A DNA stretch of 64,000 nucleotides, taken from contig NZ_AP026867.1 in the NCBI RefSeq assembly GCF_026000115.1, positions 2,777,716-2,841,715 of the forward strand. Direction: 5' to 3'. Position 1 is the stretch's first letter; every line of letters starts with the position of its first letter. This document shows positions 9,411-19,297 of the stretch, in pieces. The notes under the pieces were generated by a model. That model was given only the letters and a program-made list of their open reading frames with translations. It had not been told where the DNA came from and searched no databases. Position numbers and translations under genes: made by a program. The stretch comes from Aureispira anguillae. GTDB taxonomy: Bacteria; Bacteroidota; Bacteroidia; Chitinophagales; Saprospiraceae.

Positions 9411-10709
9411 TTATTTTGCAACAGGTATATGACTTAACACCTGTAAGTTTGAAGGGTCTGATGTATTGTACTGGTGGAATCCATCTTCACCTACTACCAA
9501 AAGAACATTAGCATTTGGAATTGTAATCGCATCATAAGTAGCGATAGAAGCATCGTGGAACAATTGGTTTTGACCGATGTTTTGTTTGTTTGCAACATCA
9601 AATACTTTTAAACCAGCAGAACCATCGCATAGATATAGTTTATCGTTTTCAACACTTAAGCCATGTGGATTATGCATATCCGTAGAACTCACTAAAGAAG
9701 GGTTCAATACGTTAGTAATGTCAATAACATCCAACTGGTTGCTAAACGTTTGGCAATTAGTACCTCCACGCAATGTTACATAAGCAAAGTTACCATCAAC
9801 AAATACAGGATCACAAGCTGTTGCATGCTGAAATTCACTAATGTAAGTAGGATTTTGAGGATTGGTATTGTCATAGATATACATTCCTGTATTACTACCA
9901 ATAAATAATTTATCACCATAAGGGAAAATTGTTTCAATTCCCCAACCCATACCAATGGTAACTTGATTTACAGGAGTAGGATTCTCTGCATTAGTAATAT
10001 CATAGATATTCATATTTTGCTCATCAACAATATAAAGGTTTTGACCATTGATTGCAAAACGAGCCATTGAACCTCCGATACCAATTGCTTCACGTCCTGA
10101 TCCTGCAACAGAAGCAGAAACACCACCTGTATTATTGTTCATATCGACATTGTTCATTGCCATAGGATTATTTTGCATCCCTCCAAACTGTGCATTTTGG
10201 ATAGCTACTTGGTCGTTACATTGTATTTCTTCTGTCACTTCTTCGCTATCGTAAGCAACCAATAAGCCCTCTGCACTACTACCATAACTTGGGAAAGCAT
10301 CTTCTACTCTTTTTTTGAGGCGAACATCTTGAATATTGGATACATCTATTGCCAACAAATCAATGTAGTTATCAGCATAAAGTGTCGTACCACTCATAGC
10401 AATATCAATATTGCCAGGAATAGAGATAAATGCCAACTTATTAGGAGAAGCAGGATTAGCATTATCAATAACATGAACTCCTTCGCCTTTTTCATTAATT
10501 AGAATAAGGTTGCCATATAAATAGATTTTACCTGGATTTTTTAACTCTCTAGCAGGTTCTACAGTAGGATTGACCCGAATCTCATCCAGTGATTTATAAA
10601 TGGGGGTATGTTTTGTGTATGTCATTACTCTTGTGCAGTCATCTTTAGCACAACTAACTAGTAAAAACAACATACAAAATGCGGCAAAAAACACATTCTT
10701 TCTGTACAT
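9411..10709 (-). CDS. LVIVD-repeat-like beta-propeller lipoprotein (paralog 1)
   Basis: Lipoprotein signal 'FLLVSCAKDDC'. Repeated motifs 'NPTYISEFQHATACDPVFVDGNFAYVTLRGG' and 'MHNPHGLSVENDKLYLCDGSAGLKVFDV' resemble LVIVD repeats. Confidence 0.6.
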   Translation of the reverse strand: MYRKNVFFAAFCMLFLLVSCAKDDCTRVMTYTKHTPIYKSLDEIRVNPTVEPARELKNPGKIYLYGNLILINEKGEGVHVIDNANPASPNKLAFISIPGNIDIAMSGTTLYADNYIDLLAIDVSNIQDVRLKKRVEDAFPSYGSSAEGLLVAYDSEEVTEEIQCNDQVAIQNAQFGGMQNNPMAMNNVDMNNNTGGVSASVAGSGREAIGIGGSMARFAINGQNLYIVDEQNMNIYDITNAENPTPVNQVTIGMGWGIETIFPYGDKLFIGSNTGMYIYDNTNPQNPTYISEFQHATACDPVFVDGNFAYVTLRGGTNCQTFSNQLDVIDITNVLNPSLVSSTDMHNPHGLSVENDKLYLCDGSAGLKVFDVANKQNIGQNQLFHDASIATYDAITIPNANVLLVVGEDGFHQYNTSDPSNLQVLSHIPVAK

Positions 10710-10937
10710 AAAACTTAGTTTTAATGATTATTAAATAAATTAAGATAAGTATTGGTGTCCTTCATATAATATTTACATTTTCCCTTGTCCTCAAGAACGA
10801 GTTCTTTTAGAAATAAGTTAGAAAGTTTTAATAGTTTAACACGATTACATCTGTTAAATAAAGAAACTCAATCACACTATCGATAACATACCGAATGAAA
10901 AATAGGCTACCCTACCTTTAATTAAAAAAAATAAAAA

Positions 10938-10975
10938 AAGCCCCACAATTATTTATTGTAGGGCTTTAATTAAAC
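10938..10975 (-). terminator. Rho-independent terminator downstream of the 11022..12218 gene (minus strand)
   Basis: On the minus strand AAAGCCCTACAAT...ATTGTGGGGCTTT followed by TTTTATTTTTTTT. Confidence 0.6.
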
Positions 10976-11021
10976 AGCTATTATTAAGCAAGTTTTGTAC
11001 TTTAATACTCTGTTTTTATGA

Positions 11022-12218
11022 TTATGCTTCAATTGTAATTTCACTAATACGCTCCAAATTATTAGGATCCATTGCGTCGTACTGGAAGATTCCTTCTTTT
11101 CCGACTACAATCAACGTTCCATTATCCATATTAGGAATCACATCGTAAGCTTTGCGAATATCTCGATCTGCAAATTTTAAGTTGTCTAAAATATTTCTTT
11201 TGTCTGTAACATCAAACACTTTTAAGCCTTGGTTTCCATCGCAAAGAAATAGTGTATTGTTTTGTACACTTAAACCATGTGGGTTGTGCATTTGAAAATT
11301 CTTAACCAAGGTTGGGTTTTTAATATCTGAAATATCAACAACATCCAATTGGTTAATTGCACGGTCACAAGGTCCGCCGCTACGCAATGTTACATAAGCG
11401 TGCTTACCTGATACAACAACAGGATCACAAGCTATGGCATGCTCAAACTTGCTCAAAAAACGAGGATTGGCTGGATCTGAGTTATCATAGATATACATTC
11501 CTTCTGTTCCACCAATAAACAATTGTCCTTCGTGGGGGAAAATAGTTTCTACATTAAAATCCATAGCGATTTCATTCATCTTTTTAGGATTTTCAACATC
11601 TGTAATATCATATACGACCATGTTATTACCATCCAAGACATACAGGCTGTTATCAACAATGGTAAAACGAGCCATTGAACCACCAGCCCCAACAGGATTA
11701 CCAGCACTAGCTGGTGCGCCATGAGAAACAGCTTGGAATTGGGTTCCTTTCATTCCCCCCATTGGTTCAAGACCATTATTCATAGCCAACAATTGTTCTC
11801 TACGTTCTTTTTCAAACACTTTAAAAGCATTCTTTACTCGCTTAATAGCTCCTGTTTTGGTATTCAAAGCCACTAAATCCATGTAGTTATCTGCATAAAT
11901 AACATCTCCTTTTACGGCTACATCTATGTTGCCAGGTATTTTTATAAAACCAACTTTTTTAGGCTCTTGTGGGTTTTCATTAAAAACCATATGAATACCT
12001 TTTCCCATTTCATTGATAAGGATCATATCGTCTTTCACATAAATTTTTCCAGGATTGGTTAACTTACGAGCTTCTTGTAGTTCTATACCTTGCTTACGCA
12101 TTTCATCAGATGTTTTGTAGCTAATCTGATTGTTATTAGCATCTGTATTGGCATCACTACATCCAATTAATAAGGAACTTGCGATTAGTGCTGCTCCAAA
12201 TACAAACATTTTTTTCAT
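11022..12218 (-). CDS. LVIVD-repeat-like beta-propeller lipoprotein (paralog 2)
   Basis: Lipoprotein signal 'LLIGCSDANT'. 'MHNPHGLSVQNNTLFLCDGNQGLKVFDV', 'HAIACDPVVVSGKHAYVTLRSGG'. About 45% identical to 9411..10709. Confidence 0.6.
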   Translation of the reverse strand: MKKMFVFGAALIASSLLIGCSDANTDANNNQISYKTSDEMRKQGIELQEARKLTNPGKIYVKDDMILINEMGKGIHMVFNENPQEPKKVGFIKIPGNIDVAVKGDVIYADNYMDLVALNTKTGAIKRVKNAFKVFEKERREQLLAMNNGLEPMGGMKGTQFQAVSHGAPASAGNPVGAGGSMARFTIVDNSLYVLDGNNMVVYDITDVENPKKMNEIAMDFNVETIFPHEGQLFIGGTEGMYIYDNSDPANPRFLSKFEHAIACDPVVVSGKHAYVTLRSGGPCDRAINQLDVVDISDIKNPTLVKNFQMHNPHGLSVQNNTLFLCDGNQGLKVFDVTDKRNILDNLKFADRDIRKAYDVIPNMDNGTLIVVGKEGIFQYDAMDPNNLERISEITIEA

Positions 12219-12545
12219 CTTAATTATGAGTTTTATTATTAAACAAACGTTTATGTTTTTTTAGTAGAATATAAATCACTTATACGATAACTACTCTAAA
12301 TTGTTCTCCATTTTGTTTTTAATAAAGTAATCTCGTGATCTATTGTTTATTAAATATAAATAATTTTATCCAAAAAATAGAAAACCAAATAGTTATTAAG
12401 TTTCCTTTAATAAATTATTTATTTTTTAACCAACCTTTTTTAGGTATTCGAGATACTTTAAATGAAGAATTTTTATTTGGGATAATACAATACACAACTC
12501 TATTTTTTATAATAAAGTTTCCTAAAATAGACAATTAACATTTAA

Positions 12546-13949
12546 TTACAAGACCTCCTCGATTGGTCTTTGATTTCTAAGCTCCCAGATCAACATTCCA
12601 AATACCAACAGGTACTCTATTCCGATTACCCAAGAATTTTCTGCAAAATGCCCTCCTTGATAACTAATATAGGTGAGTCCTGCTAAAGCCGTCCATAGTA
12701 AAGCATAACGATAAGCCGTAAACACCGAAAAAAGCACCAATGTACTTAAATACCAAGGGTGAATGGTCGTCGCTAAAAAAAAATGGATAGAATAAATGAA
12801 TAAAAAACTGCCTAAAAAATAGTGGGTGGACTGGCGAATGCCTTTTCGGATAGAAAGCAGTATTATTAACACTAAATCGACAATAGGCAGACTTTTTCGC
12901 AATAAGACATACAAATCTAATCGAAGTAAATTTTCTATTGGACCAATTCCTCTAAAGTAATCGTGATATTCCCACCATTGCCAATATTCATTAATCAAGC
13001 CATAACGCAAGGCATAATAAACACTTGCATTAAATTCAAAATGAGCAAAATACAAACCCATACTTGTTTTTATTTTTTGCAATAGCCCCAGATCAAAAAA
13101 CAGGCAAAACAGCCCCAAATTTACAATTCCTACTACTCCACAATAAAACACGCCTTTTTTAAACCATAAACGATGCAACAACAATGGCATAAACATTAAT
13201 GGGAGCAACTTAGCACCAACAGCCAGTGCAAAACTCAAGGCAGAATAACCCAATTGTTCTTTTAATAGCCAATAAATTGACAAGGTTAAGAAAAAAATCA
13301 TTATGCTCTCTGTGTGCAAATTCCCTGACAACTCAATAATTACTAAGGGATTAAAAGCATAGAAAAAAGCTAAATAAATGGGTTGTTTTAAATGTTCTAA
13401 TACTTTTGTGAGAAGCAGTATCGTTCCTGCTTCTAAACATAAAACCAATGCACTCAAAATAATCAGGCTTGCCCAAACATTGTCTAAACATAAAAAACTT
13501 GCTGCGGCAAAGAAAAATTGAGTGACAGGGGGATATACAGAGTAAAAGTCTGGTGAGTTTAAATGTTCGTACAGTTGCCCTAAGTACGCCTCTTTGTAAA
13601 CAGCCGTATCCACTAACTCAGAAGGAAGAAATTGATAGGGGTTTAGCCCACTACTCAGCAAACGGCCATCCCACAGGTATCGCCAAAAATCATCTGACAA
13701 TTCGGGCGAAGCCAATAAAAAAACGCCTCTAAATGCCAGAGCAGCAGCTATAAAATAGTTAATTTTTAGCGGCTTAAATAACTTAGGTGCATGATAACAC
13801 CAATAAAAATACCCTCCAAACAACAGTAAATATAAACCTGCAAAAGGTTCAAAAGAAGTTCGTGGTATAAGATAACCTATTATAGCATAAGCCACAATAG
13901 AACCGATAAATAGTATGTAATTCGTTTTCATAAAAAATGGTTTAAACAA
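12546..13949 (-). CDS. Polytopic integral membrane protein, possibly a GT-C-fold glycosyltransferase (DUF2029/GT87-like)
   Basis: More than 10 predicted hydrophobic helices with aromatic-rich loops. No soluble catalytic domain seen. Family assignment is from memory and weak. Confidence 0.5.
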   Translation of the reverse strand: MFKPFFMKTNYILFIGSIVAYAIIGYLIPRTSFEPFAGLYLLLFGGYFYWCYHAPKLFKPLKINYFIAAALAFRGVFLLASPELSDDFWRYLWDGRLLSSGLNPYQFLPSELVDTAVYKEAYLGQLYEHLNSPDFYSVYPPVTQFFFAAASFLCLDNVWASLIILSALVLCLEAGTILLLTKVLEHLKQPIYLAFFYAFNPLVIIELSGNLHTESIMIFFLTLSIYWLLKEQLGYSALSFALAVGAKLLPLMFMPLLLHRLWFKKGVFYCGVVGIVNLGLFCLFFDLGLLQKIKTSMGLYFAHFEFNASVYYALRYGLINEYWQWWEYHDYFRGIGPIENLLRLDLYVLLRKSLPIVDLVLIILLSIRKGIRQSTHYFLGSFLFIYSIHFFLATTIHPWYLSTLVLFSVFTAYRYALLWTALAGLTYISYQGGHFAENSWVIGIEYLLVFGMLIWELRNQRPIEEVL

Positions 13950-13989
13950 GGGTTTAAGTCAACCATTTTTATTAAAAAATCAATTATAA

Positions 13990-15213
13990 CTAGCTTGTTA
14001 CGCTAGGAGCAAAATACATTTCAAAAAAAGCATGCACACAGGTAGAAGATAAATCATTTTTAGAAGCATTGGTCAAAAAGACAATCCCAACATCTTCTTT
14101 AGGGCAAAATCCCATTTCAGGTCTATAGCCTCTTACATATCCACCATGATAAACAATTCTATTTTTTTTATAATTAAAAATGCGCCAGCCCATTCCATAC
14201 CAAGCCTCTGATAAACCAGGTGCCCAAGTTTCGTAATATTTAGAATCATCATTGATTGGGATATGTGGCTTAAAAATTTCATTCAATACATTTTTGGGAA
14301 TTACATCTGGACGATGTCCCAACATAGCTTTTAACCAAAGTGCCATATCCGATATACTTGCATTAACCCCTGCTGCAGGGCCTACATTGTACCACTTTTT
14401 GCGAATATTGACATCATTCCAGCCCCTTCTATTGCTAAAAGTATGGGGAAACCCTTTGTTTTCATTCGCCATCATAGCTCCATAACCACTTGAGGCATCC
14501 TCCATCCCCAAAGGATTAAAAATCATAGAATCCAACAAAGCTTCATAAGATAAATTGGTTACTGATTTTCCAATTTCGCTAATGGCACTAAAGATTGCAT
14601 TTTGATAGGCAAATTTCTCAGCAGGCTTTGCTTCAATAACTGCATTTTTTAAGCCACGAAGAATACTAGTGCAAGACAAATTTTTGGTTATAAGGCTTGT
14701 GCCAGAATACTCTTTTAAACCCGTGGTATGGCTAAGTGTATGCCGAATTGTAAGCGCTTCTGTTTGTTTCCTGCTTCTCAACCTAAAATTAGGTAGATGT
14801 GCTTTTACCTTATCATTCCAGTTTATATAGCCTTTATGCACTAATAAGCCTGCCAAAACAGCAGCAAATCCTTTGGATACAGAAGCTAGTCTAAAAACAG
14901 TATGCTCATCTACAAGCGCTTCTTTTCCTTTTTTTCGAATGCCATAGGTATTTACACTGACAACCTCCCCATCTTTAACAATCGCATAAGCCAAACCAGG
15001 CAAATCCAATTCTTCAGATTTCCCTCGAATGAACTCTTCGTATTGCTTAATTAAATTACGCATTCGAATTTCTTCAGGGTCAGGCTCATTAAGCAACTTT
15101 GCCTTTTTTCCTTTTTCAGCTAATTTCAACGCCTCTTCTGAAGGTCCATTATTACAATTTCCAAATAGGACAGTAATCCCAACTAAAAGAATCCACTTCC
15201 AAACTATCTTCAC
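13990..15213 (-). CDS. Serine hydrolase of the beta-lactamase / penicillin-binding-protein-like family (class C fold)
   Basis: S-x-x-K active-site motif 'LASVSKGF'. 'YQNAIFSA'. N-terminal signal/lipobox 'LFGNCNNG'. About 400 aa. Confidence 0.8.
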   Translation of the reverse strand: MKIVWKWILLVGITVLFGNCNNGPSEEALKLAEKGKKAKLLNEPDPEEIRMRNLIKQYEEFIRGKSEELDLPGLAYAIVKDGEVVSVNTYGIRKKGKEALVDEHTVFRLASVSKGFAAVLAGLLVHKGYINWNDKVKAHLPNFRLRSRKQTEALTIRHTLSHTTGLKEYSGTSLITKNLSCTSILRGLKNAVIEAKPAEKFAYQNAIFSAISEIGKSVTNLSYEALLDSMIFNPLGMEDASSGYGAMMANENKGFPHTFSNRRGWNDVNIRKKWYNVGPAAGVNASISDMALWLKAMLGHRPDVIPKNVLNEIFKPHIPINDDSKYYETWAPGLSEAWYGMGWRIFNYKKNRIVYHGGYVRGYRPEMGFCPKEDVGIVFLTNASKNDLSSTCVHAFFEMYFAPSVTS

Positions 15214-15331
15214 TTCTTTATCTTGTTTTTCTTGTTTAGGTAAAAAATTAACCGTTAGGTTCTTTCAAGCTCCTAAGTAGTTAAGAGAAAAATTTATCCT
15301 ATTGTCTGTCTATATTGTTAACACATCTTGC

Positions 15332-16369
15332 TTAGACATGTTCATGATTAGATTCATGATCTAATTTTTCGCCACAATAAGGGCAATAAATAAAAGCCTT
15401 ACCAAAATGTTGCCCACAATCATGTTTAGCGTTGGTTCTTGGCACAGCAGTTGGTCTATCTAATTCTTCAGGAACGCTTTTTTCGCCTCCCTCATCCATT
15501 TTCTTGGTATTGATTTTTTGAAATTGAGCTTGTGGTAAATTTCCTTTGGGAACATAATTATCAATCTCTTCTTCCTTAATGGTGCCATCTTCCAATTTTT
15601 CGATAAAAGCAGAACTCAAAATACCTGCTGGCAAAGCAACCAAACCAATTCCAAGCAATGCGATTAAGCCCGACAAAAACTTCCCCAAGGGAGTAATGGG
15701 AAAAACATCACCATACCCCACCGTTGTTAAAGTAGCAATTGCCCACCAAAATGAAGCAACAATATTGGGAAACAATTCGGGTTGCACAGGTCCTTCTACG
15801 TACCACATTAAGGTAGCAGATACCAATAATAACACAAAGGTCACAAACATGGTAATTCCCAAATCGTGGCGCTTTTCTGTAAAAACTTCGGCAACCACTG
15901 TAATCGAATTGGTAAAGGAATTCATCTTAAAAATTCTCAACAAACGAGTAATTTTTAGGATTCTAATAAAACGAAAATCACTTCTTCCGAATTCTCTCAA
16001 CCCAAAGAAGGACATAAAATGGAAGAAAATAGGTGCAATGGCTATCAAATCTACAATTCCTGTTCCAGAAGTTATAAACCGCCAAGCAGCAGCAGACCAG
16101 TTGTCAATGTCTTTGTATTTATAGTCAGCGGTAAAAACCCTAAGCACATATTCAACAGTAAAAATACCCAGTGTTATATTCTCAAATTGGTCAAAGTAAT
16201 AGCCATATTGCGTTCTTAATCCTGCAAAGGACTCTAAGACGATTGTTACAATGCTCAACAAGATGAGTCCTGTAATAAAAATCTCAAACGACTGACTTCC
16301 TATACTTTGTTCTTCATCATTGTCTATAAAATGGTATATGTGTTCTCTTAATCCTCGTTTTTCAGACAT
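15332..16369 (-). CDS. Voltage-gated (Kv-like) potassium channel with a C-terminal zinc-ribbon
   Basis: Selectivity filter 'TTVGYGDVFP'. S4-like 'RFIRILKITRLLRIFK'. Six hydrophobic segments. C-terminus 'CGQHFGKAFIYCPYCGEKL'. Confidence 0.8.
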   Translation of the reverse strand: MSEKRGLREHIYHFIDNDEEQSIGSQSFEIFITGLILLSIVTIVLESFAGLRTQYGYYFDQFENITLGIFTVEYVLRVFTADYKYKDIDNWSAAAWRFITSGTGIVDLIAIAPIFFHFMSFFGLREFGRSDFRFIRILKITRLLRIFKMNSFTNSITVVAEVFTEKRHDLGITMFVTFVLLLVSATLMWYVEGPVQPELFPNIVASFWWAIATLTTVGYGDVFPITPLGKFLSGLIALLGIGLVALPAGILSSAFIEKLEDGTIKEEEIDNYVPKGNLPQAQFQKINTKKMDEGGEKSVPEELDRPTAVPRTNAKHDCGQHFGKAFIYCPYCGEKLDHESNHEHV

Positions 16370-16620
16370 ACAATCAGCTTCTATAGTTTTTATGTTTTGT
16401 TCTTTGATAACTTCTAGTTTGTCAAAGCATTTAAGTCAATCGCTTTGTTTCGGCTACTTTGAGCTACCAAAGTTCCTTATTTTACAAGTTACAAAGCTTA
16501 AGATAAAAAACAAAACGCTTATTCCATATTAATCCTTCTTTTGTCATATTTTTTTATGATTTTGTAAAAAAAAACAGCTCAGTTTGTACTTCAAATCGCA
16601 GGTTAATAAGTTAAAAACAT

Positions 16621-16821
16621 TGGTTCTTTGACAAATTGTGTGGAATCGTAAACTACCTTGCCTGCTTATTACTACTTTTGTTATAAGTTATAGGTCGTAA
16701 GTCGTATGCCCTGTATTTACAGGAACTAAGCATACAACTTACGACCTATAACTTTCTTCTAAAAAAGTAGTTAAAAGCTTACCCTTTTTTAGTATTTACC
16801 ACACGACTTATCAAAGAACCA
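16621..16821. mobile_element. Palindromic MITE-like element, copy 1 (imperfect ~23-bp terminal inverted repeats, central 23-bp stem-loop)
   Basis: TIRs TGGTTCTTTGAcaaattGTGTGG / CCACACgacttaTCAAAGAACCA. Core 'gttataggtcgtaagtcgtatgc cctgtatttacaggaactaa gcatacaacttacgacctataac'. A second copy lies at 54211..54478 in inverted orientation. Confidence 0.55.
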
Positions 16822-16897
16822 AAATATTTAAAGCCTCATTTATTGCCTTTCTTTTTATAGCTTTGTCAACACATCTACAAAAACCTATTTTAGTACA

Positions 16898-19297
16898 ATG
16901 AAGAAACTAGCCCCCCTTATTTTTTTTATATTCCTTTCCTTTTTGTGTAAGGCTCAATTTTTAGTTCAGGGCACTATTATCGATTCAATTAGTAAAACAC
17001 CGCTTCCTTTTGTTAACATTAGTTTTAATGGTGATCCTCAATTGGGTACTACATCAGATATTGACGGATATTTTAGTTTTGAACACAATGCTTCTTTAGG
17101 CTCTATCCAATTGAGTTATGTTGGTTATCAAAGTCAATCAATTCCACTTGATAGTTCCAAAGAATCCCTCTTATTAAGTATGCAAAAGACGGATTTTGCA
17201 CTAGAAGAAATAGTAGTAGTAGCTGGCGAAAATCCCGCTTACCGAATTATACGTCGTGCAGCTAAAAACAGAATACAGCACGATCCCGATCAAATACCTG
17301 CCTACACCTTTAGCAGTTATCATAAAATGAGGGTTTTTGACCAAAATAATCATCCCAACTTAACAGAGGACACTACTTTTTCTCAAAAACTGGATTTTTA
17401 TTATACCATGATGGAAATTCTATCTGAAACGCAATATATAGCCCCCGATAAGCAACAAGAAACCATCATAGCGAGCAAGGTATCTGGTTTTAAAGCTCCT
17501 ACTTTTGTTACCGCTTTTGCAGAAATACAGCCCACTAGTTTTCACAAAGAAAACTTTCTCATTTTAGACAAAGAATACCTAAATCCTATCAGTACAGGCT
17601 GCTTAAAAAAGTATGAATATCGCTTAGAAGATACCATTTATCAAGCACAAGATACCGTCTATATGATTAGTTTTTTTCCTAGAAAGGGGAAAAACTTTGA
17701 TGCTCTCAAAGGTATTCTATACATCAACACCAATGGTTATGCCATTCAAAATGTATTGGCAGAGCCCGCAGGAAGACAAAAAATTCATCTAAAAATAGAG
17801 CAACAATATACATTTATCGATCAACAAAAATGGTTTCCTACCCAACTCAATTTTGAAATTGAATTGGCTCCTAGAAAAACGGATACCTTTACCGTTCAAG
17901 GCAAAAAATACCTGAGCAATATCAATTTATCGCCCTCACTTACGCCTAAAGATTTTGGTCTTAACAAGGTCAATATTCGAGAAGATGCCCACCTCAAGGA
18001 TAGTACGTATTGGATAGCACACCGAAAGTATCAATTGAGTGCCAAAGAAAAAAAGACCTATCAGGTTATTGACAAAGTAGCACAAGGGCTTCCCATTGAA
18101 TTATTAATGGGGGTTATCAATGAATTGGGAGAAGAACGCATTCAACTAGGTCCTTTGTCTGTCAATTACACGCAAATAATGGAATTTAATTTGCACGAAC
18201 AATTTCGATTGGGTCTAGGACTATATAGCAGTTACAAATGGTGTCCTTATTTTTCTGTTGGTGGTTATTTTGCGCATGGTTTTAAAGATAAAAAATGGAA
18301 GTATGGCGGCAGTATTACCTTTCGTCCCAATCCTACAAAAGATTTTGGTTTTCAATTGAGTTATATAGATGATATTATAGAACCTGCCTCGATTATTCAA
18401 AACACGCATTCTTTGTCCAAAATGGTGCTGCCCAACCAAAGTTTTACTCGACGCAATGTACTGGATCAGATGGACAAAACCTATGAAATGGAGGTTTCTG
18501 CTTATTTCAGATCCTTTCGTTACCTTAGAACACGTATTTTTGGCAACTGGAGTTACAAAATTCCACTTTATGCGTATCGTTTTGCACTAAATAGTGAATC
18601 TCATCAGCAATTTAAATTTGCTCGAATTGGCATACAGTTTCGCTTTTCTTACAAAGAAGATTATATAAAAATAGGTTCTAGCAATGTAGGCATAAGAAGC
18701 CGCTATCCCGTTCTCTATTTCAGCTACACCAAAGGGTTAAAAGGTTTTTTAGATGGTGGGTTTGATTATCATAAAATTGTTGCAGGCTTACAAAGTAGTT
18801 TTTTCATCAAGGGTTTTGGTCGCACCTCTTGGTTTGTACAAGGAGGCTGGGTAGGGGGCGAAACGCCCTATCCGATCTTATTTAATGGTCGGGGCAGTTA
18901 TGACCGTTGGAGAATGTTTTTGATTAAAAACACCTTTCAAACCATGCGCCCCAATGAGTTTTTGTCCAACAAATTTGTATCTATTTTCCTAGAGCATAAT
19001 TTTGGTAATTTATTGTTTAACAGTCCTAATTTTAAGCCCGAAGTGAAGCTTTATCAAGCCATTGGTTTTGGGTGGCTTGACCGACCAGAACAGCATCAAG
19101 ATATTGTGGTGCAAGACATGAGAAAAGGGTATTTTGAAAGTGGCTTGATGCTCTCTAATCTCATTCGTTTGCCCATTTTTAACTTTGGTTATTTTGGGCT
19201 TGGAGCAGGTGTTTTTGTACGCTATGGTCCTTATTATTTACCCAATGCTATCATGGATAATATTGCCTTTAAAATTGATCTATCATTTTCTTTTTAA
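16898..19297 (+). CDS. CarboxypepD_reg-like domain plus DUF5686-family protein (Bacteroidota-specific, unknown function)
   Basis: Signal peptide. N-terminus 'QFLVQGTIIDSISKTPLPFVNISFNGDPQLGTTSDIDGYFSF' (carboxypeptidase regulatory-like domain). About 800 aa. Beta-rich C-terminal region ending in aromatic residues. Confidence 0.6.
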   Translation: MKKLAPLIFFIFLSFLCKAQFLVQGTIIDSISKTPLPFVNISFNGDPQLGTTSDIDGYFSFEHNASLGSIQLSYVGYQSQSIPLDSSKESLLLSMQKTDFALEEIVVVAGENPAYRIIRRAAKNRIQHDPDQIPAYTFSSYHKMRVFDQNNHPNLTEDTTFSQKLDFYYTMMEILSETQYIAPDKQQETIIASKVSGFKAPTFVTAFAEIQPTSFHKENFLILDKEYLNPISTGCLKKYEYRLEDTIYQAQDTVYMISFFPRKGKNFDALKGILYINTNGYAIQNVLAEPAGRQKIHLKIEQQYTFIDQQKWFPTQLNFEIELAPRKTDTFTVQGKKYLSNINLSPSLTPKDFGLNKVNIREDAHLKDSTYWIAHRKYQLSAKEKKTYQVIDKVAQGLPIELLMGVINELGEERIQLGPLSVNYTQIMEFNLHEQFRLGLGLYSSYKWCPYFSVGGYFAHGFKDKKWKYGGSITFRPNPTKDFGFQLSYIDDIIEPASIIQNTHSLSKMVLPNQSFTRRNVLDQMDKTYEMEVSAYFRSFRYLRTRIFGNWSYKIPLYAYRFALNSESHQQFKFARIGIQFRFSYKEDYIKIGSSNVGIRSRYPVLYFSYTKGLKGFLDGGFDYHKIVAGLQSSFFIKGFGRTSWFVQGGWVGGETPYPILFNGRGSYDRWRMFLIKNTFQTMRPNEFLSNKFVSIFLEHNFGNLLFNSPNFKPEVKLYQAIGFGWLDRPEQHQDIVVQDMRKGYFESGLMLSNLIRLPIFNFGYFGLGAGVFVRYGPYYLPNAIMDNIAFKIDLSFSF

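Noticed and set aside
12335-12538. 67-aa ORF between the beta-propeller and membrane-protein genes
   Set aside because: AT-rich spacer with Ile/Phe/Asn-rich translation typical of a random ORF in low-GC DNA.
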